A stretch of DNA of 64,000 bases, taken from assembly GCA_016217735.1 (NCBI GenBank), contig JACRGQ010000065.1, positions 1,077 to 65,076 on the forward strand, in the 5' to 3' direction. This DNA comes from Nitrospinota bacterium (GTDB lineage Bacteria > Nitrospinota_A > UBA7883 > JACRGQ01). The translations under genes were made by a program, and so were the position numbers. Below are positions 8,923 through 18,812 of the stretch, piece by piece (position 1 is the first letter of the stretch; every line of letters starts with the position of its first letter). The notes under the pieces were generated by a model, which saw nothing but the letters and a program-made list of their open reading frames with translations, was not told where the DNA came from and did not search any database.

Positions 8923-9578
8923 AGCGGTACGTTGTCGGATTTCTTATGATGTGTGCGCTGGCTGGCGCTGGTTATGCGCAGGATTTTGGAATCATCACCG
9001 ATGCAAGCGGCAAGATAGCCGCCCAGCGGGCCGGTAAAAAGACGTTTCTGGAGATGGGCGCGTCCATCGCGCCCAAAGATAAGCTCCAGATTTCCAAGGG
9101 CGGCGCCGTGACCATCGTGGCGTATGCCACCTGCCAGGAATGGCTTGTTGCCGGGGCGGGCGAGGTTGCCGTGGAAAACGAAAAAATGGTGGCGGGCAAA
9201 GGCACATCCCTCAAGATGGGCAAGAAATTGCCGGTATGCTACAAGCCGGGTGAAATAAAAGGAGCCGGAAGCCATAGCATGGGCGGTATCGCTTTGTTCG
9301 CCAATGAATCAAAGGGGCCTGTTCCGCAAATGGCGGGTCCGCAGGAATTCGCATCGACATCCGGCGCCGCGGAAACCGATCCGGCGGTAAAATCGCTGAA
9401 AGACGAATATCGGCGTGGCAAGGCTTCCAACTCGACGGTGATTGCTTTAATGATGTATGAGCTGAATGGCAACCGGGTGGCCGCGGCCAAACCATATTAT
9501 GACGATCTGAAAAAACGCGCGCCCCAATCGGCGGTCGTTAAGGAGATGGCTCCCCGTTTTGAGGGAGGGATGGATTGA
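8919..9578 (+). CDS. Secreted FecR-domain-like protein
   Basis: ATGA overlap with the cyclase stop. Signal peptide MMCALAGAGYA/QD. ITDASGKIAAQRAGKKTFLEMGASIAPKDKLQISKGGAVTIV resembles the FecR sensor fold pattern. Confidence 0.5.
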   Translation: MKRYVVGFLMMCALAGAGYAQDFGIITDASGKIAAQRAGKKTFLEMGASIAPKDKLQISKGGAVTIVAYATCQEWLVAGAGEVAVENEKMVAGKGTSLKMGKKLPVCYKPGEIKGAGSHSMGGIALFANESKGPVPQMAGPQEFASTSGAAETDPAVKSLKDEYRRGKASNSTVIALMMYELNGNRVAAAKPYYDDLKKRAPQSAVVKEMAPRFEGGMD

Positions 9579-9637
9579 AAATCCCCTCCAGCCGGGCGCG
9601 GCAATATGGCAATATGATGACGCACGTGGGAAAAAGT

Positions 9638-9666
9638 TTGACAAAATCGGGGGGAAATGGCAGAAT
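9638..9666 (+). promoter_or_regulatory. Sigma70-type promoter candidate for rho (TTGACA-17-CAGAAT)
   Basis: TTGACA at 9638-9643, a 17-nt spacer and CAGAAT at 9661-9666. Leaves a ~100-nt leader before the rho ATG. Confidence 0.4.
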
Positions 9667-9769
9667 CGCCCAATTACGTTAGCTATTATTTTGTTGGAGA
9701 AACCGTTAGGATCCCCTGCTTCCCCCAAAACCCCCTTTTAAGTGACCCTTATCCGCACTGGAAAAACCT

Positions 9770-11041
9770 ATGGAACTGAATATCGCCGATCTCAAGAAAA
9801 AAACCGTACTGGATCTCAACGCCCTCGCCAAAGAACTGAATATTGAAGGCACCGGCGGCCTGCGCAAGCAGGAGCTGATTTTTAAAATTCTCGAAGGCCA
9901 GACCAAGACCCAGGTGGCCCAGGGTAAAGAGGGGATGATTGTCGGGGAAGGGGTGCTGGAAATTCTGCCGGACGGCTTCGGCTTTTTGCGCGCCCCCACC
10001 AGCAACTATCTCCCCGGCCCGGACGACATGTACGTTTCCCCCTCGCAGATCCGCAAGTTCGATCTGCGCACCGGCGATACCGTTACCGGCGAAATCCGCC
10101 CCCCGAAGGAAGGGGAGCGCTACTTCGCGCTGCTGAAAGTGGAAAGCATCAACGGCGAACCGCCGAACCTGGAAAAGATACGCCCGCTGTTCGATAACCT
10201 CACGCCGCTCTACCCGGAGCGCCGCCTGAGGCTGGAAGCGGACGACGGCAACCTCTCGATGCGGGTGATGGATCTGCTGACGCCCGTCGGCATGGGCCAG
10301 CGCTCCGTCATCGTGGCCCCGCCCCGCACCGGCAAAACCATGCTGATGCAGGCGATGGCCAACTCGATAGCCAAAAACCACCCCGATGTGGCGCTGATCG
10401 TGCTCCTCATCGACGAACGTCCCGAAGAAGTTACCGACATGGAGCGCTCGGTGAAAGGGGAGGTTATCGCCTCCACCTTCGACGAACCGGCCCAGCGCCA
10501 TGTGCAGGTGGCCGAAATGGTCATCGAAAAAGCCAAGCGGCTGGTGGAGCACGGACGCGACGTGGTGATCCTGCTTGATTCGATCACCCGCCTTGCCCGC
10601 GCATACAACACCGTGGTGCCCCCGTCCGGCAAGGTGCTCTCCGGCGGCGTGGACAGCCACGCGCTCCAGCGGCCCAAGCGCTTTTTCGGCGCGGCGCGCA
10701 ATATCGAGGAGGGGGGGAGCCTCACCATCATCGCCACCGCCCTCATCGAAACCGGCAGCCGGATGGATGACGTGATTTTCGAGGAATTCAAGGGAACCGG
10801 CAACATGGAAATACACCTTGACCGGAAATTGGCCGACCGCCGTGTTTTCCCGGCCATCGACATCACCCGCTCCGGCACCCGCAAGGAAGAGCTGCTCTTC
10901 ACGCCGGAGGAATTGGGGCGCGTTTGGCTGTTGCGCAAGGTTCTCCAACCGATGGATCCGGTGGAGGCGATGGAGCTTTTGTTGGATAAAATGCGGCAGA
11001 CCAAGACGAACGCGAAGTTCCTTGCGGCCATGAACGCTTAA
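9770..11041 (+). CDS. rho: Transcription termination factor Rho
   Basis: N-terminal [30 protein letters not shown]-binding GFGFLR, Walker A APPRTGKT, full-length 423 aa. Confidence 0.97.
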   Translation: MELNIADLKKKTVLDLNALAKELNIEGTGGLRKQELIFKILEGQTKTQVAQGKEGMIVGEGVLEILPDGFGFLRAPTSNYLPGPDDMYVSPSQIRKFDLRTGDTVTGEIRPPKEGERYFALLKVESINGEPPNLEKIRPLFDNLTPLYPERRLRLEADDGNLSMRVMDLLTPVGMGQRSVIVAPPRTGKTMLMQAMANSIAKNHPDVALIVLLIDERPEEVTDMERSVKGEVIASTFDEPAQRHVQVAEMVIEKAKRLVEHGRDVVILLDSITRLARAYNTVVPPSGKVLSGGVDSHALQRPKRFFGAARNIEEGGSLTIIATALIETGSRMDDVIFEEFKGTGNMEIHLDRKLADRRVFPAIDITRSGTRKEELLFTPEELGRVWLLRKVLQPMDPVEAMELLLDKMRQTKTNAKFLAAMNA

Positions 11042-11050
11042 TAGTACAAT
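11022..11050 (+). promoter_or_regulatory. Sigma70-type promoter candidate for rpmE (TTGCGG-17-TACAAT)
   Basis: The hexamers are spaced 17 nt apart inside and just after the rho 3' end. A GAGGAG SD lies 6 nt before the rpmE ATG. Confidence 0.35.
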
Positions 11051-11077
11051 TACACGCTTTAGAGTGAGGAGAAATAC

Positions 11078-11287
11078 ATGAAACAGGGAATTCACCCGGA
11101 ATACGGCCCGGCCAAGATCATCTGCGGTTGCGGATCCGTGCTGGAAACCAACGCCACGGCGAAGACGATCCACCTGGACATCTGTTCGGTCTGCCACCCG
11201 TTTTACACCGGCACCCAGAAGCTGGTGGATACCGCGGGGCGCGTGGAAAAGTTCCGCCGCCGCGTTGCCAAAGCGGAACAGAAATAA
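11078..11287 (+). CDS. rpmE: 50S ribosomal protein L31
   Basis: MKQGIHPEY...CGCG...CSVCHPFYTG zinc-ribbon signature, 69 aa. Confidence 0.95.
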   Translation: MKQGIHPEYGPAKIICGCGSVLETNATAKTIHLDICSVCHPFYTGTQKLVDTAGRVEKFRRRVAKAEQK

Positions 11288-11303
11288 CGGCGATGGCGAT
11301 CAT

Positions 11304-11335
11304 CCGTCCCGTTTGCCATGCGGCAAACGGGACGG
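11304..11335 (+). promoter_or_regulatory. Perfect 14-bp hairpin between rpmE and prfA (no U-tract)
   Basis: CCGTCCCGTTTGCC-ATGC-GGCAAACGGGACGG. Confidence 0.5.
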
Positions 11336-11376
11336 CGCGCGCCGCCGCCCCCGCCACCCATTAGCCCATTCCCGCC

Positions 11377-12468
11377 ATGTTTGAAAAACTCAAGGAAGTC
11401 GAAAAACGTTTCGAGCAGTTAAGCGGTCTTCTTTGCCAGCCCGCCACCATCGCCAATCAGGAACTGTTCCGCAAGCTGGGCAAGGAGCAGGCCGATCTGG
11501 TGGAGATGGTCGCCGCGTACCGCGAGTACGTGAAGGCGGAAACGTCATTCAAGGAAAACGAGAAACTGGCCGCCGAGGGGGATGCCGAACTGGCGGCGAT
11601 GGCGCGTGACGAAAACCGCCAGATCAAGGAGCGGATGGCGGCCCTGGAAACGCGCCTCAAAGAGCTTATCGTCCCCAAAGACCCCGCCGACCAAAAGAAC
11701 CTCATCATGGAAATACGCGCCGGCACCGGCGGCGACGAGGCGGGCCTCTTCGCCGCGGAGCTTTTCAATATGTATACCCGCTTCGCCCAAAAGCGGGGGT
11801 TCAAGGTGGAAACCATGAGCGTGAGCGCCAACGACGCGGGCGGCGTGAAAGAAGTTATCGCCACCATCGAGGGGAAGGGGGCCTACGGCCTGTTCCGCTA
11901 CGAATCGGGGGTGCATCGCGTGCAGCGCGTGCCGAAAACCGAAACGCAGGGGCGCATCCACACCTCCACCGTCACCGTGGCGGTGCTGCCCGAGGCGGAG
12001 GAAAAAGAGGTGCAGATAAATCCCGCGGAACTCCGCATCGACGTGTTCCGCAGCGGCGGCCCCGGCGGCCAGAGCGTGAACACCACCGACAGCGCGGTGC
12101 GTATCACCCATCTTCCCACCGGCATGGTGGTCTCGATGCAGGATGAAAAATCCCAGATCAAGAACCGCCAGAAGGCCATGCGCGTGCTCCTCTCCCGCCT
12201 GCAGGACTTTTATCAGGAGCAGGACCGCCAAAAGCAGAGCGCCCAGCGCCGCTCGCAAATCGGCAGCGGCGACCGCAGCGAAAAAATACGCACCTACAAT
12301 TTTCCCCAGGGACGCGTGACCGACCACCGCATCAACGAGAACTTTTTCAACATACAGGGAATCATGATGGGGGATATGGACGATATGGCCGACACCTGCC
12401 GCAAAGCTTTTCACGCCGCGTTGCTGTCCAACGCCGCGCCGGGAACCGCCGATGATCCAGCTCATTAA
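11377..12468 (+). CDS. prfA: Peptide chain release factor 1
   Basis: GGQ motif [24 protein letters not shown]. Tripeptide-anticodon region [17 protein letters not shown] is RF1-type, not SPF. Confidence 0.95.
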   Translation: MFEKLKEVEKRFEQLSGLLCQPATIANQELFRKLGKEQADLVEMVAAYREYVKAETSFKENEKLAAEGDAELAAMARDENRQIKERMAALETRLKELIVPKDPADQKNLIMEIRAGTGGDEAGLFAAELFNMYTRFAQKRGFKVETMSVSANDAGGVKEVIATIEGKGAYGLFRYESGVHRVQRVPKTETQGRIHTSTVTVAVLPEAEEKEVQINPAELRIDVFRSGGPGGQSVNTTDSAVRITHLPTGMVVSMQDEKSQIKNRQKAMRVLLSRLQDFYQEQDRQKQSAQRRSQIGSGDRSEKIRTYNFPQGRVTDHRINENFFNIQGIMMGDMDDMADTCRKAFHAALLSNAAPGTADDPAH

Positions 12469-13306
12469 CGAATTCACCACCCTGCTGACGGAGGGAAAAA
12501 GGGCGCTCACCGCCGCCCGTTGCCGCACGCCGGAGCTGGACGCGGGATTGCTGCTGGCCGATTTGCTGGGGATCGAGCGTGCCAGGATGCTGCTTGATCC
12601 GCCCGCCACGCTTCCCACCGGCACCGCCGATATTTTCCGCCGCCGTATCGCCCGCCGCGCCGCCGGCGAGCCGGTCCATTACATCACCGGCAAAAAAGAG
12701 TTTTACAATCATACGTTCAGGGTGGGACCGGCCGTGCTGATTCCCCGCCCCGAAACCGAGGAGATGGTGGAGGCGGTGCTGAGGCTTTTTCCGCGCGGCG
12801 CGGCGCTTGCCGTCGCCGACGTCGGCGCCGGCAGCGGCTGCATCGCCATTTCGCTTGGGTTGGAGCGCCCCGAATGGCGCGTTACGGCCATCGACCTTTC
12901 GGCGGACGCGCTGGACATCGCGCGGGAAAACGCCGCCCGGCTGGAAGCGGCCAATATATCGTTCGTTCAATCGGATATTTTCACGGCCGTTCCCGGCCCG
13001 TTCGACATCATAGTATCCAACCCGCCGTATATCGATTATGGCGTGAAAGAAACATTGCAGGTGGAAGTGCGCAAGTTTGAGCCGCCGCTGGCGCTCTTTG
13101 CCGCCGAGCGGGGGCTTGCGGTCATCCGCGAACTGGTTGCCCAGAGCGCCGGACACCTTAAGCCCGGCGGTTCCTTCTTCTGCGAGATAGGCTACGATCA
13201 GAAGGCGGCGGTGGAAAAATTCTTCGAAGACGGCCCATGGACCGATGTCGTTTTTATCAAGGATATTTCGGGGCACGACCGTATCGTGCGCGCGGAGCGG
13301 CGTTAG
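12452..13306 (+). CDS. prmC: Release-factor glutamine N5-methyltransferase
   Basis: Overlaps prfA by 17 nt. SAM motif [12 protein letters not shown] and catalytic IIVSNPPYI. Confidence 0.92.
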   Translation: MIQLINEFTTLLTEGKRALTAARCRTPELDAGLLLADLLGIERARMLLDPPATLPTGTADIFRRRIARRAAGEPVHYITGKKEFYNHTFRVGPAVLIPRPETEEMVEAVLRLFPRGAALAVADVGAGSGCIAISLGLERPEWRVTAIDLSADALDIARENAARLEAANISFVQSDIFTAVPGPFDIIVSNPPYIDYGVKETLQVEVRKFEPPLALFAAERGLAVIRELVAQSAGHLKPGGSFFCEIGYDQKAAVEKFFEDGPWTDVVFIKDISGHDRIVRAERR

Positions 13307-13333
13307 CCTGGTGTTGAAAAACCGTATATGCAT

Positions 13334-13403
13334 GTCATTCTGAGGAGCGAAGCGACGAAGAATCTCTTTCCGGAAAGGGATTCTTCGCTATGCTCAGAAT
13401 GAC
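13334..13403. repeat. GTCATYCTGAG-family palindromic intergenic element (single hairpin unit)
   Basis: GTCATTCTGAGGAGCGAAGCGACGAAGAATCTCTTTCCGGAAAGGGATTCTTCGCTATGCTCAGAATGAC. The arms pair end to end. Confidence 0.8.
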
Positions 13404-13439
13404 AAGAGTGGCGGATTAGTAAGCGAAAGAAGGGGAAGA

Positions 13440-14702
13440 ATGGACAAGATTGTTATCGAAGGGGGCCGCCGCCTTGAAGGGGATGTGACCATCGCCGGCG
13501 CGAAGAACGCGTCGTTGCCGGCCTTTGCCGCCACGCTGCTTTGTCCCGGTTCGTTCACCTTCACCAACGTGCCGGATCTCAAGGATATCGATACCATCAT
13601 CGCCTTGCTCATGGATTTAGGGGCCGCCATCACCCGTCCGGAAAAAGGGGTGGTCGTTGTTGATACCGGCGGCCTGAAAAGCTATGAAGCGTCCTACGAC
13701 CTCGTGCGCACCATGCGCGCATCCTGCCTGGTGATGGGGCCGCTGCTGGCCCGGATGGGCAAGGCCCGCGTGAGCCAGCCGGGCGGCTGCGCCATAGGCG
13801 AGCGCCCCATCAACCTCCATCTTAAGGGATTCGGGGCGATGGGGGCGCACACTACGCTGGATGAGGGGTATGTCAACATCAGCGCCCCCGGCGGGTTGCA
13901 TGGGGCGAAAATCTATTTCGATATCGTTACCGTCACCGGCACAGCCAACGTGATGATGGCGGCGCTGGCCGCCGAGGGAACCACCATCCTGGAAAACTGC
14001 GCCAAAGAACCGGAAGTGGTTTTCCTGGCCGATCTGCTCGTCCGCATGGGGGCGGATATCAAGGGGGCCGGCACCGGCCGGATAGCCGTCACCGGCAAGC
14101 GTCCGCTCAAGGCGGTGGAGACCGCCATCATTCCAGACCGGATAGAAACCGGCACGTTCATCGCGGCGGCCGCCATCACCGGCGGCTCGCTCCGCATCAA
14201 CCGGTGCAACCCGCCGGACTTCGAAGCGGTAACGCACAAGTTCGTTGAAATGGGATGCAAAATCACCGAAGGGAACGGCTGGATAGAAGTGACAGGCCCG
14301 AAACGCCCCGCCCCGGTGGACATCGAAACCGCGCCGCACCCCAGCTTTCCCACCGATATGCAGGCACAGGCGATGGCGGTGCTGACCGTCGCGGATGGCA
14401 CCAGCGTGATACACGAATCGGTTTTTGAGAACCGCTACATGCATGTGGCGGAGTTGCGCCGCCTGGGGGCCGACATCCGTCTGAAGGGGGCCAACGCTTT
14501 CGTGCATGGAGTGCCATCGCTCTCCGGCGCCATTGTGATGGCTACCGATCTGCGCGCCAGCGCCTCGCTCATCGTCGCCGGCCTCGCCGCGAATGGGAAG
14601 ACCGCCGTCCGGCGCGTCTACCACCTCGACCGCGGCTACGAGAGGATAGAAGAGAAGCTGAAAAAAGTCGGCGCCCGCATCTCCCGCCAGCCGGATAAAT
14701 AA
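13440..14702 (+). CDS. murA: UDP-N-acetylglucosamine 1-carboxyvinyltransferase
   Basis: MDKIVIEGGRRLEGDVTIAGAKNASLP N-terminus, active-site loop QPGGCAIGERPI, 420 aa. Confidence 0.96.
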   Translation: MDKIVIEGGRRLEGDVTIAGAKNASLPAFAATLLCPGSFTFTNVPDLKDIDTIIALLMDLGAAITRPEKGVVVVDTGGLKSYEASYDLVRTMRASCLVMGPLLARMGKARVSQPGGCAIGERPINLHLKGFGAMGAHTTLDEGYVNISAPGGLHGAKIYFDIVTVTGTANVMMAALAAEGTTILENCAKEPEVVFLADLLVRMGADIKGAGTGRIAVTGKRPLKAVETAIIPDRIETGTFIAAAAITGGSLRINRCNPPDFEAVTHKFVEMGCKITEGNGWIEVTGPKRPAPVDIETAPHPSFPTDMQAQAMAVLTVADGTSVIHESVFENRYMHVAELRRLGADIRLKGANAFVHGVPSLSGAIVMATDLRASASLIVAGLAANGKTAVRRVYHLDRGYERIEEKLKKVGARISRQPDK

Positions 14703-14717
14703 CAGCGATTCTTACGG

Positions 14718-16721
14718 TCAGCGGATCAGGTTCTTGATGGTGATGATGTCATTGATGCCGGATTTAAGCGCTTCGACGCAGTCGGGGGCGAAGTGCTTAT
14801 TAATGCCTTGCTCGATGATCTCCATGGCGTATTCGTGCGACATGTCTTCCTTGTACACGCGCCGCGAAGTCAGCGCGTCGTAGACGTCCGCCACCGCGAC
14901 GATGCGGGCCGAAAGCGGTATCTGTTCCGCCGCCACCCGGTGGGGATAGCCGCTGCCATCCCATTTTTCGTGGTGGAAACCGGCGATCTCGGAGGCCATC
15001 TTCAGGTAATCCGGCCCCTTCAGGATCATTTCCCCCACCGATGAATGCGTTTTCATGATGTCGAACTCTTCGCTGGTCAGCTTGCCCCGCTTGAGGAGGA
15101 TGCTGTCGGCTATCGCCACCTTGCCGATGTCGTGCAGCGGCGCGGCGGCGTAGAGTTCGTTGATGAACCGCTCATCAATGGTCTCCGCGTATCTTCCCGC
15201 TTTGGCGAGTTCCTGCGCGATGATGCGGCAGTACTTTTGCATCCGCAGCAGGTGCTCGCCGGTTTCGGGGTCGCGTTTTTCCGCCAGTTCCGAGAGCTTC
15301 ACCATCATGGTGAGTTGGGTTTGTTTGAGGTCGTTGAGCAGCCGCGCGTTTTCGATGGCGGTGGTGGCCTGGTACGCCAGCGATTTCAGGAGTTCCGTGT
15401 CCTGCTCGGTGAAGGGCTGGCCGTCCGTCTTGTTGAAGACCGCGATGACCGCCACGATGCCGTGCTTGCTTTCGATGGGGTAGGTAATGAGGTTCCGCAC
15501 CGTAAAAGGGGGGGTGAAGCCCAGTTCCGCCGCGGCGGGGTTAAAGCTGTTTTCGATTATCGGTTTGGCGCTTGCGAAGGTTTGGGCCAAAATGCTTTCC
15601 GGCGTTATGATGGTGGCGCCCGGCATGCCGCCGCGCGGGAATCCCGCCATGCCGGCGAACGAGACCCGCTTCGTCCCCCCCATCACCGCCACGATCGATT
15701 GGCCCGCTTCCAGCAGGCTGCGGCTGTAATCGGCGATGGAGCCGAATATCGATTGCATGTCGAGCGTGCTGTTGATGCGCACGCTGATGCGGTTCACCTG
15801 TTCGATCAGCGCCGATTGCCGCTGCAGGTCGGTGAACGTCGCCATCAGCTCGCTGAGCATGGTGTCCATCTCGCGCGTGGCGCGGTGCGTGGTCTCCATC
15901 TGGTCGAAATGTTTCATGGCGATGGAGGCCAGCGACGATATGGTGGAGATCGCGTGCTGGTCGACGGAAGTGAACGACCCTTCCCGCGGGTCGGTGGCGA
16001 AGATGAAGCCGGCCAGTTCCGGCTCGTTGTCCGGTTTGCGGAACAGCAGCGGCACCACCATGAACGCCCCTTTGATGACGAGGTTGGCCCCGCCGTTCCG
16101 CGCGGTGATGGTTTCCGTCACCGTTTGGAACAGCATGGAACTGCGCTGCGCGCGCGCCACCCGCTCGAAGACCGTGCCGCGGATGGCATAGGTGTGTTCC
16201 GCGTCCGGCACATCGTTGCCCTGTTCGCGCAACGCCGCCAGCCGCATCACCCCGTTTTCGGCCGTTACGGAGAACAGGCCGCACCGCCCCGCTTTTACCA
16301 GCAATTCCAGCGCCGACAGCAACAGGCGGTATGACTCTTTCCGGTCATTCGTCTGCAGCACCTGTTCGGCGAGGTTGCGGTAGGCGTTCAACTTGTCGTA
16401 ATTCGCCAACAGCTCATGGGTCAGATTCATAACCTCCACGAAGTCATCCAGCTTTGCGTTTATGAGGCGTTCGGCTTCGGCCATCGCCTTTTGGTCGCCA
16501 TCTTTGTGGTAGATGTTAAGCCTGACGCCGTTTTCCGCTCCCTGGCCGGCCAAGGAGGAAAGGAGCGGGTATTTGTGCGCATCCCCGTCTCCGGTATTGG
16601 AGAAAATCGTGCCTTCCCGGTCGCTTTCGATTTCCACCGATACCCCCAGCATCCTCGACACGTCGTTGAGGTACTCAATGACCAACGGGTCGGATTGCAG
16701 CTTTTTATAGGCGGTAAACAT
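14718..16721 (-). CDS. GAF-domain HD-GYP c-di-GMP phosphodiesterase-type protein
   Basis: C-terminal AAPLHDIGKVAI and GFHHEKWDGSGYP motifs. The long N-terminal region has GAF-like segments. Confidence 0.85.
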   Translation of the reverse strand: MFTAYKKLQSDPLVIEYLNDVSRMLGVSVEIESDREGTIFSNTGDGDAHKYPLLSSLAGQGAENGVRLNIYHKDGDQKAMAEAERLINAKLDDFVEVMNLTHELLANYDKLNAYRNLAEQVLQTNDRKESYRLLLSALELLVKAGRCGLFSVTAENGVMRLAALREQGNDVPDAEHTYAIRGTVFERVARAQRSSMLFQTVTETITARNGGANLVIKGAFMVVPLLFRKPDNEPELAGFIFATDPREGSFTSVDQHAISTISSLASIAMKHFDQMETTHRATREMDTMLSELMATFTDLQRQSALIEQVNRISVRINSTLDMQSIFGSIADYSRSLLEAGQSIVAVMGGTKRVSFAGMAGFPRGGMPGATIITPESILAQTFASAKPIIENSFNPAAAELGFTPPFTVRNLITYPIESKHGIVAVIAVFNKTDGQPFTEQDTELLKSLAYQATTAIENARLLNDLKQTQLTMMVKLSELAEKRDPETGEHLLRMQKYCRIIAQELAKAGRYAETIDERFINELYAAAPLHDIGKVAIADSILLKRGKLTSEEFDIMKTHSSVGEMILKGPDYLKMASEIAGFHHEKWDGSGYPHRVAAEQIPLSARIVAVADVYDALTSRRVYKEDMSHEYAMEIIEQGINKHFAPDCVEALKSGINDIITIKNLIR

Positions 16722-16883
16722 TCGATTATTCTACCCTTTTTGGTGAATACCGTGTGCGGGAACTTTTTCAGCGGGCGGTGAATTGCTTGAATGCGCGGGG
16801 GTTGGCTCCTCCCGCCAGCGGCGCGGCGTTTACTGGTATAATCGGCAAAACAGCTATCAGTCTCCGTTTTCAATGGGAACCAA

Positions 16884-18224
16884 ATGGGCAAAAACCAGAA
16901 TCTGTTCGGCGATGCCGGGGAAGAACCGCCGCCTCCGCCCGCCGTCGTTGCCGGGGCCGTGCCGTTGGCGGAGCGTATGCGCCCCGGCGATTTCGACGGA
17001 TTCATCGGGCAGGCGCATGTGGTGGGGAAGGGGAAGCCGCTGCGGCGGCTCATCGAGGAAGACCGTTTCGGGCCGCTGCTTCTCTGGGGGCCTCCCGGCA
17101 CCGGCAAAACCACGCTCGCGCGCATCGCCAGCAAGGTAAGCGGCAGGCTCTTCGTATCGCTCAGCGCGGTGGAGAGCGGCGTGAAGGAACTCAAGGAGGC
17201 GGTGGCCGCCGCCCGCTACAACGCCGCCAACGGCAAGAAGACAACGCTTTTCATCGACGAGATTCACCGCTACAACAAAACGCAGCAGGATCAACTTCTG
17301 CCGCATGTTGAAAGCGGCCTCATCACCCTCATCGGGGCGACCACCGAGAACCCCGCATTTGGGGTGATACCGTCTTTGCGGTCGCGCTGCACCATCGTGG
17401 AGTTGCGGCCGCTGACGCCGGATGAAGTGGCGCAAATAGTGACGCGGGCGCTGGCGGCCGAAGAGGCGCTGCAAGGGATCGGTGTGGGGGATGACGTGGT
17501 GGCCCAGATAGCGCGGCTGGGGGGCGGCGACGCGCGGCAGGCGTTGAACATCCTGGAGGCGTGCGCCAAGTCCGCCGAGGGGGGAGTGATTACCGCCGCG
17601 CTGGTGGCGGAAGTGAGCCAGCGCGCATTGCTGCGGTACGACAAGATGGGGGACGCACATTTCGACCATGCCAGCGCGTTCCAAAAATCGTTGCGCGGGT
17701 CGGATCCGGACGCCGCCATTTACTGGATGGCCCGGATGATAGAGGCGGGGGAGGATCCCCGCTTCATCGCGCGGCGGCTCATCGTCACCGCCGCCGAGGA
17801 TGTGGGGAACGCCGACCCGACGGCGTTGATATTGGCCGTGGCGGCGGCGGAAGCGGTGGAGAAGATCGGCCTGCCGGAAGGGCGCATCCCGCTTGCGCAG
17901 GCGGCGCTTTATGTTGCCTGCGCGCCGAAATCGAACAGTACCGTTATTGCCATAGACGCCGCATCGGCGCATCTGGCCGCGCACGGCACCGCGCCGCAGG
18001 TGCCGCGGCACCTGCGCGATACGCATTACAGCGACGCGAAGAAGTGGGGCTACGGCAAAGGCTACCAGTATCCGCACGAACACCCGCACCACTGGGTGGC
18101 GCAAAGCTACCTGCCGGAAGGAATGGAAGATGTCCGCTTTTACACTCCCTCGCCGCACGGGCGCGAGGCGGCCTTCGAGGAACGCCTGAAAGAGATCAAG
18201 AAGAAGGAAGGGAAGCCCACATGA
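16884..18224 (+). CDS. rarA: Replication-associated recombination protein A (MgsA/RarA AAA+ ATPase)
   Basis: LLLWGPPGTGKTTLARI, TLFIDEIHRYNK, GDARQALN, C-terminal YQYPH. Confidence 0.93.
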   Translation: MGKNQNLFGDAGEEPPPPPAVVAGAVPLAERMRPGDFDGFIGQAHVVGKGKPLRRLIEEDRFGPLLLWGPPGTGKTTLARIASKVSGRLFVSLSAVESGVKELKEAVAAARYNAANGKKTTLFIDEIHRYNKTQQDQLLPHVESGLITLIGATTENPAFGVIPSLRSRCTIVELRPLTPDEVAQIVTRALAAEEALQGIGVGDDVVAQIARLGGGDARQALNILEACAKSAEGGVITAALVAEVSQRALLRYDKMGDAHFDHASAFQKSLRGSDPDAAIYWMARMIEAGEDPRFIARRLIVTAAEDVGNADPTALILAVAAAEAVEKIGLPEGRIPLAQAALYVACAPKSNSTVIAIDAASAHLAAHGTAPQVPRHLRDTHYSDAKKWGYGKGYQYPHEHPHHWVAQSYLPEGMEDVRFYTPSPHGREAAFEERLKEIKKKEGKPT

Positions 18225-18649
18225 AGGAGATACGCGCCGAGGTTGTCATCGCGTCCACGCCGCAACGGGTGTGGCAGGTTTTTTCCGATTTCGCCGCGTA
18301 CCCCATATGGAATGTTTTTCTGGTGCGCGTGACGGGGGAGGCGAAGCGGGGGGAGGAACTGGAAATTCGCGTGCAACTGCCCGGCACGAAGGCCACGCCG
18401 TACCGCGCTGCCGTTTTGAAGGCCGATGCGGAAAAAGAACTCCGCTGGAAATGGAAAGGTTTTTTAAAGGGGGAACACGTTTTTACGCTTGAGCCGATGG
18501 GGGACAACATGACCCGCTTCACGCAGAAGGTGGAGTTCGGCTTTTTGTCCGGCGCGCTCGCCGATAAAGATCTGACTGCTAAAACGGAAGAGATGTTCGG
18601 CCACATGCACCGCGCCCTAAAGGCCCGCTGCGAAGAATCGGCGGATTAG
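18221..18649 (+). CDS. SRPBCC (polyketide cyclase/START-like) family protein
   Basis: ATGA overlap with the rarA stop. MKEIRAEVVIASTPQRVWQVFSDFAAYPIWNVF is typical of SRPBCC. 142 aa. Confidence 0.7.
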   Translation: MKEIRAEVVIASTPQRVWQVFSDFAAYPIWNVFLVRVTGEAKRGEELEIRVQLPGTKATPYRAAVLKADAEKELRWKWKGFLKGEHVFTLEPMGDNMTRFTQKVEFGFLSGALADKDLTAKTEEMFGHMHRALKARCEESAD

Positions 18650-18812
18650 CCGCGCGGCGTTTCCCGCAACAGCGCTTCGGCCCTGTCTTTGAGGGCTGGG
18701 AGGCTTTCTTTTATCACCTTCCACTCTATTTTGGCCGCGGAGTGTTTTTGTGTGCGACAGGAGTGTCGCACCTACCGGGGAGGGGAAGGGCATCGGAGCC
18801 GTGTGGCGAAGG

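Noticed and set aside
9749-11197. 482-aa ORF on the minus strand
   Set aside because: It is antisense to rho and rpmE. This is a shadow ORF.
11377-12468. Programmed +1 frameshift in the release-factor gene
   Set aside because: That feature belongs to prfB (RF2). This gene is RF1-type (PKT, not SPF) and is a single uninterrupted frame.
15045-16334. 429-aa plus-strand ORF, and similar ORFs at 16857-18158(-), 20085-21545(+), 28151-29530(+) and 54157-55410(+)
   Set aside because: Each lies opposite a gene with strong catalytic motifs (HD-GYP, rarA, pentaheme c, cinA, sigma54 activator) and has shadow-ORF composition.
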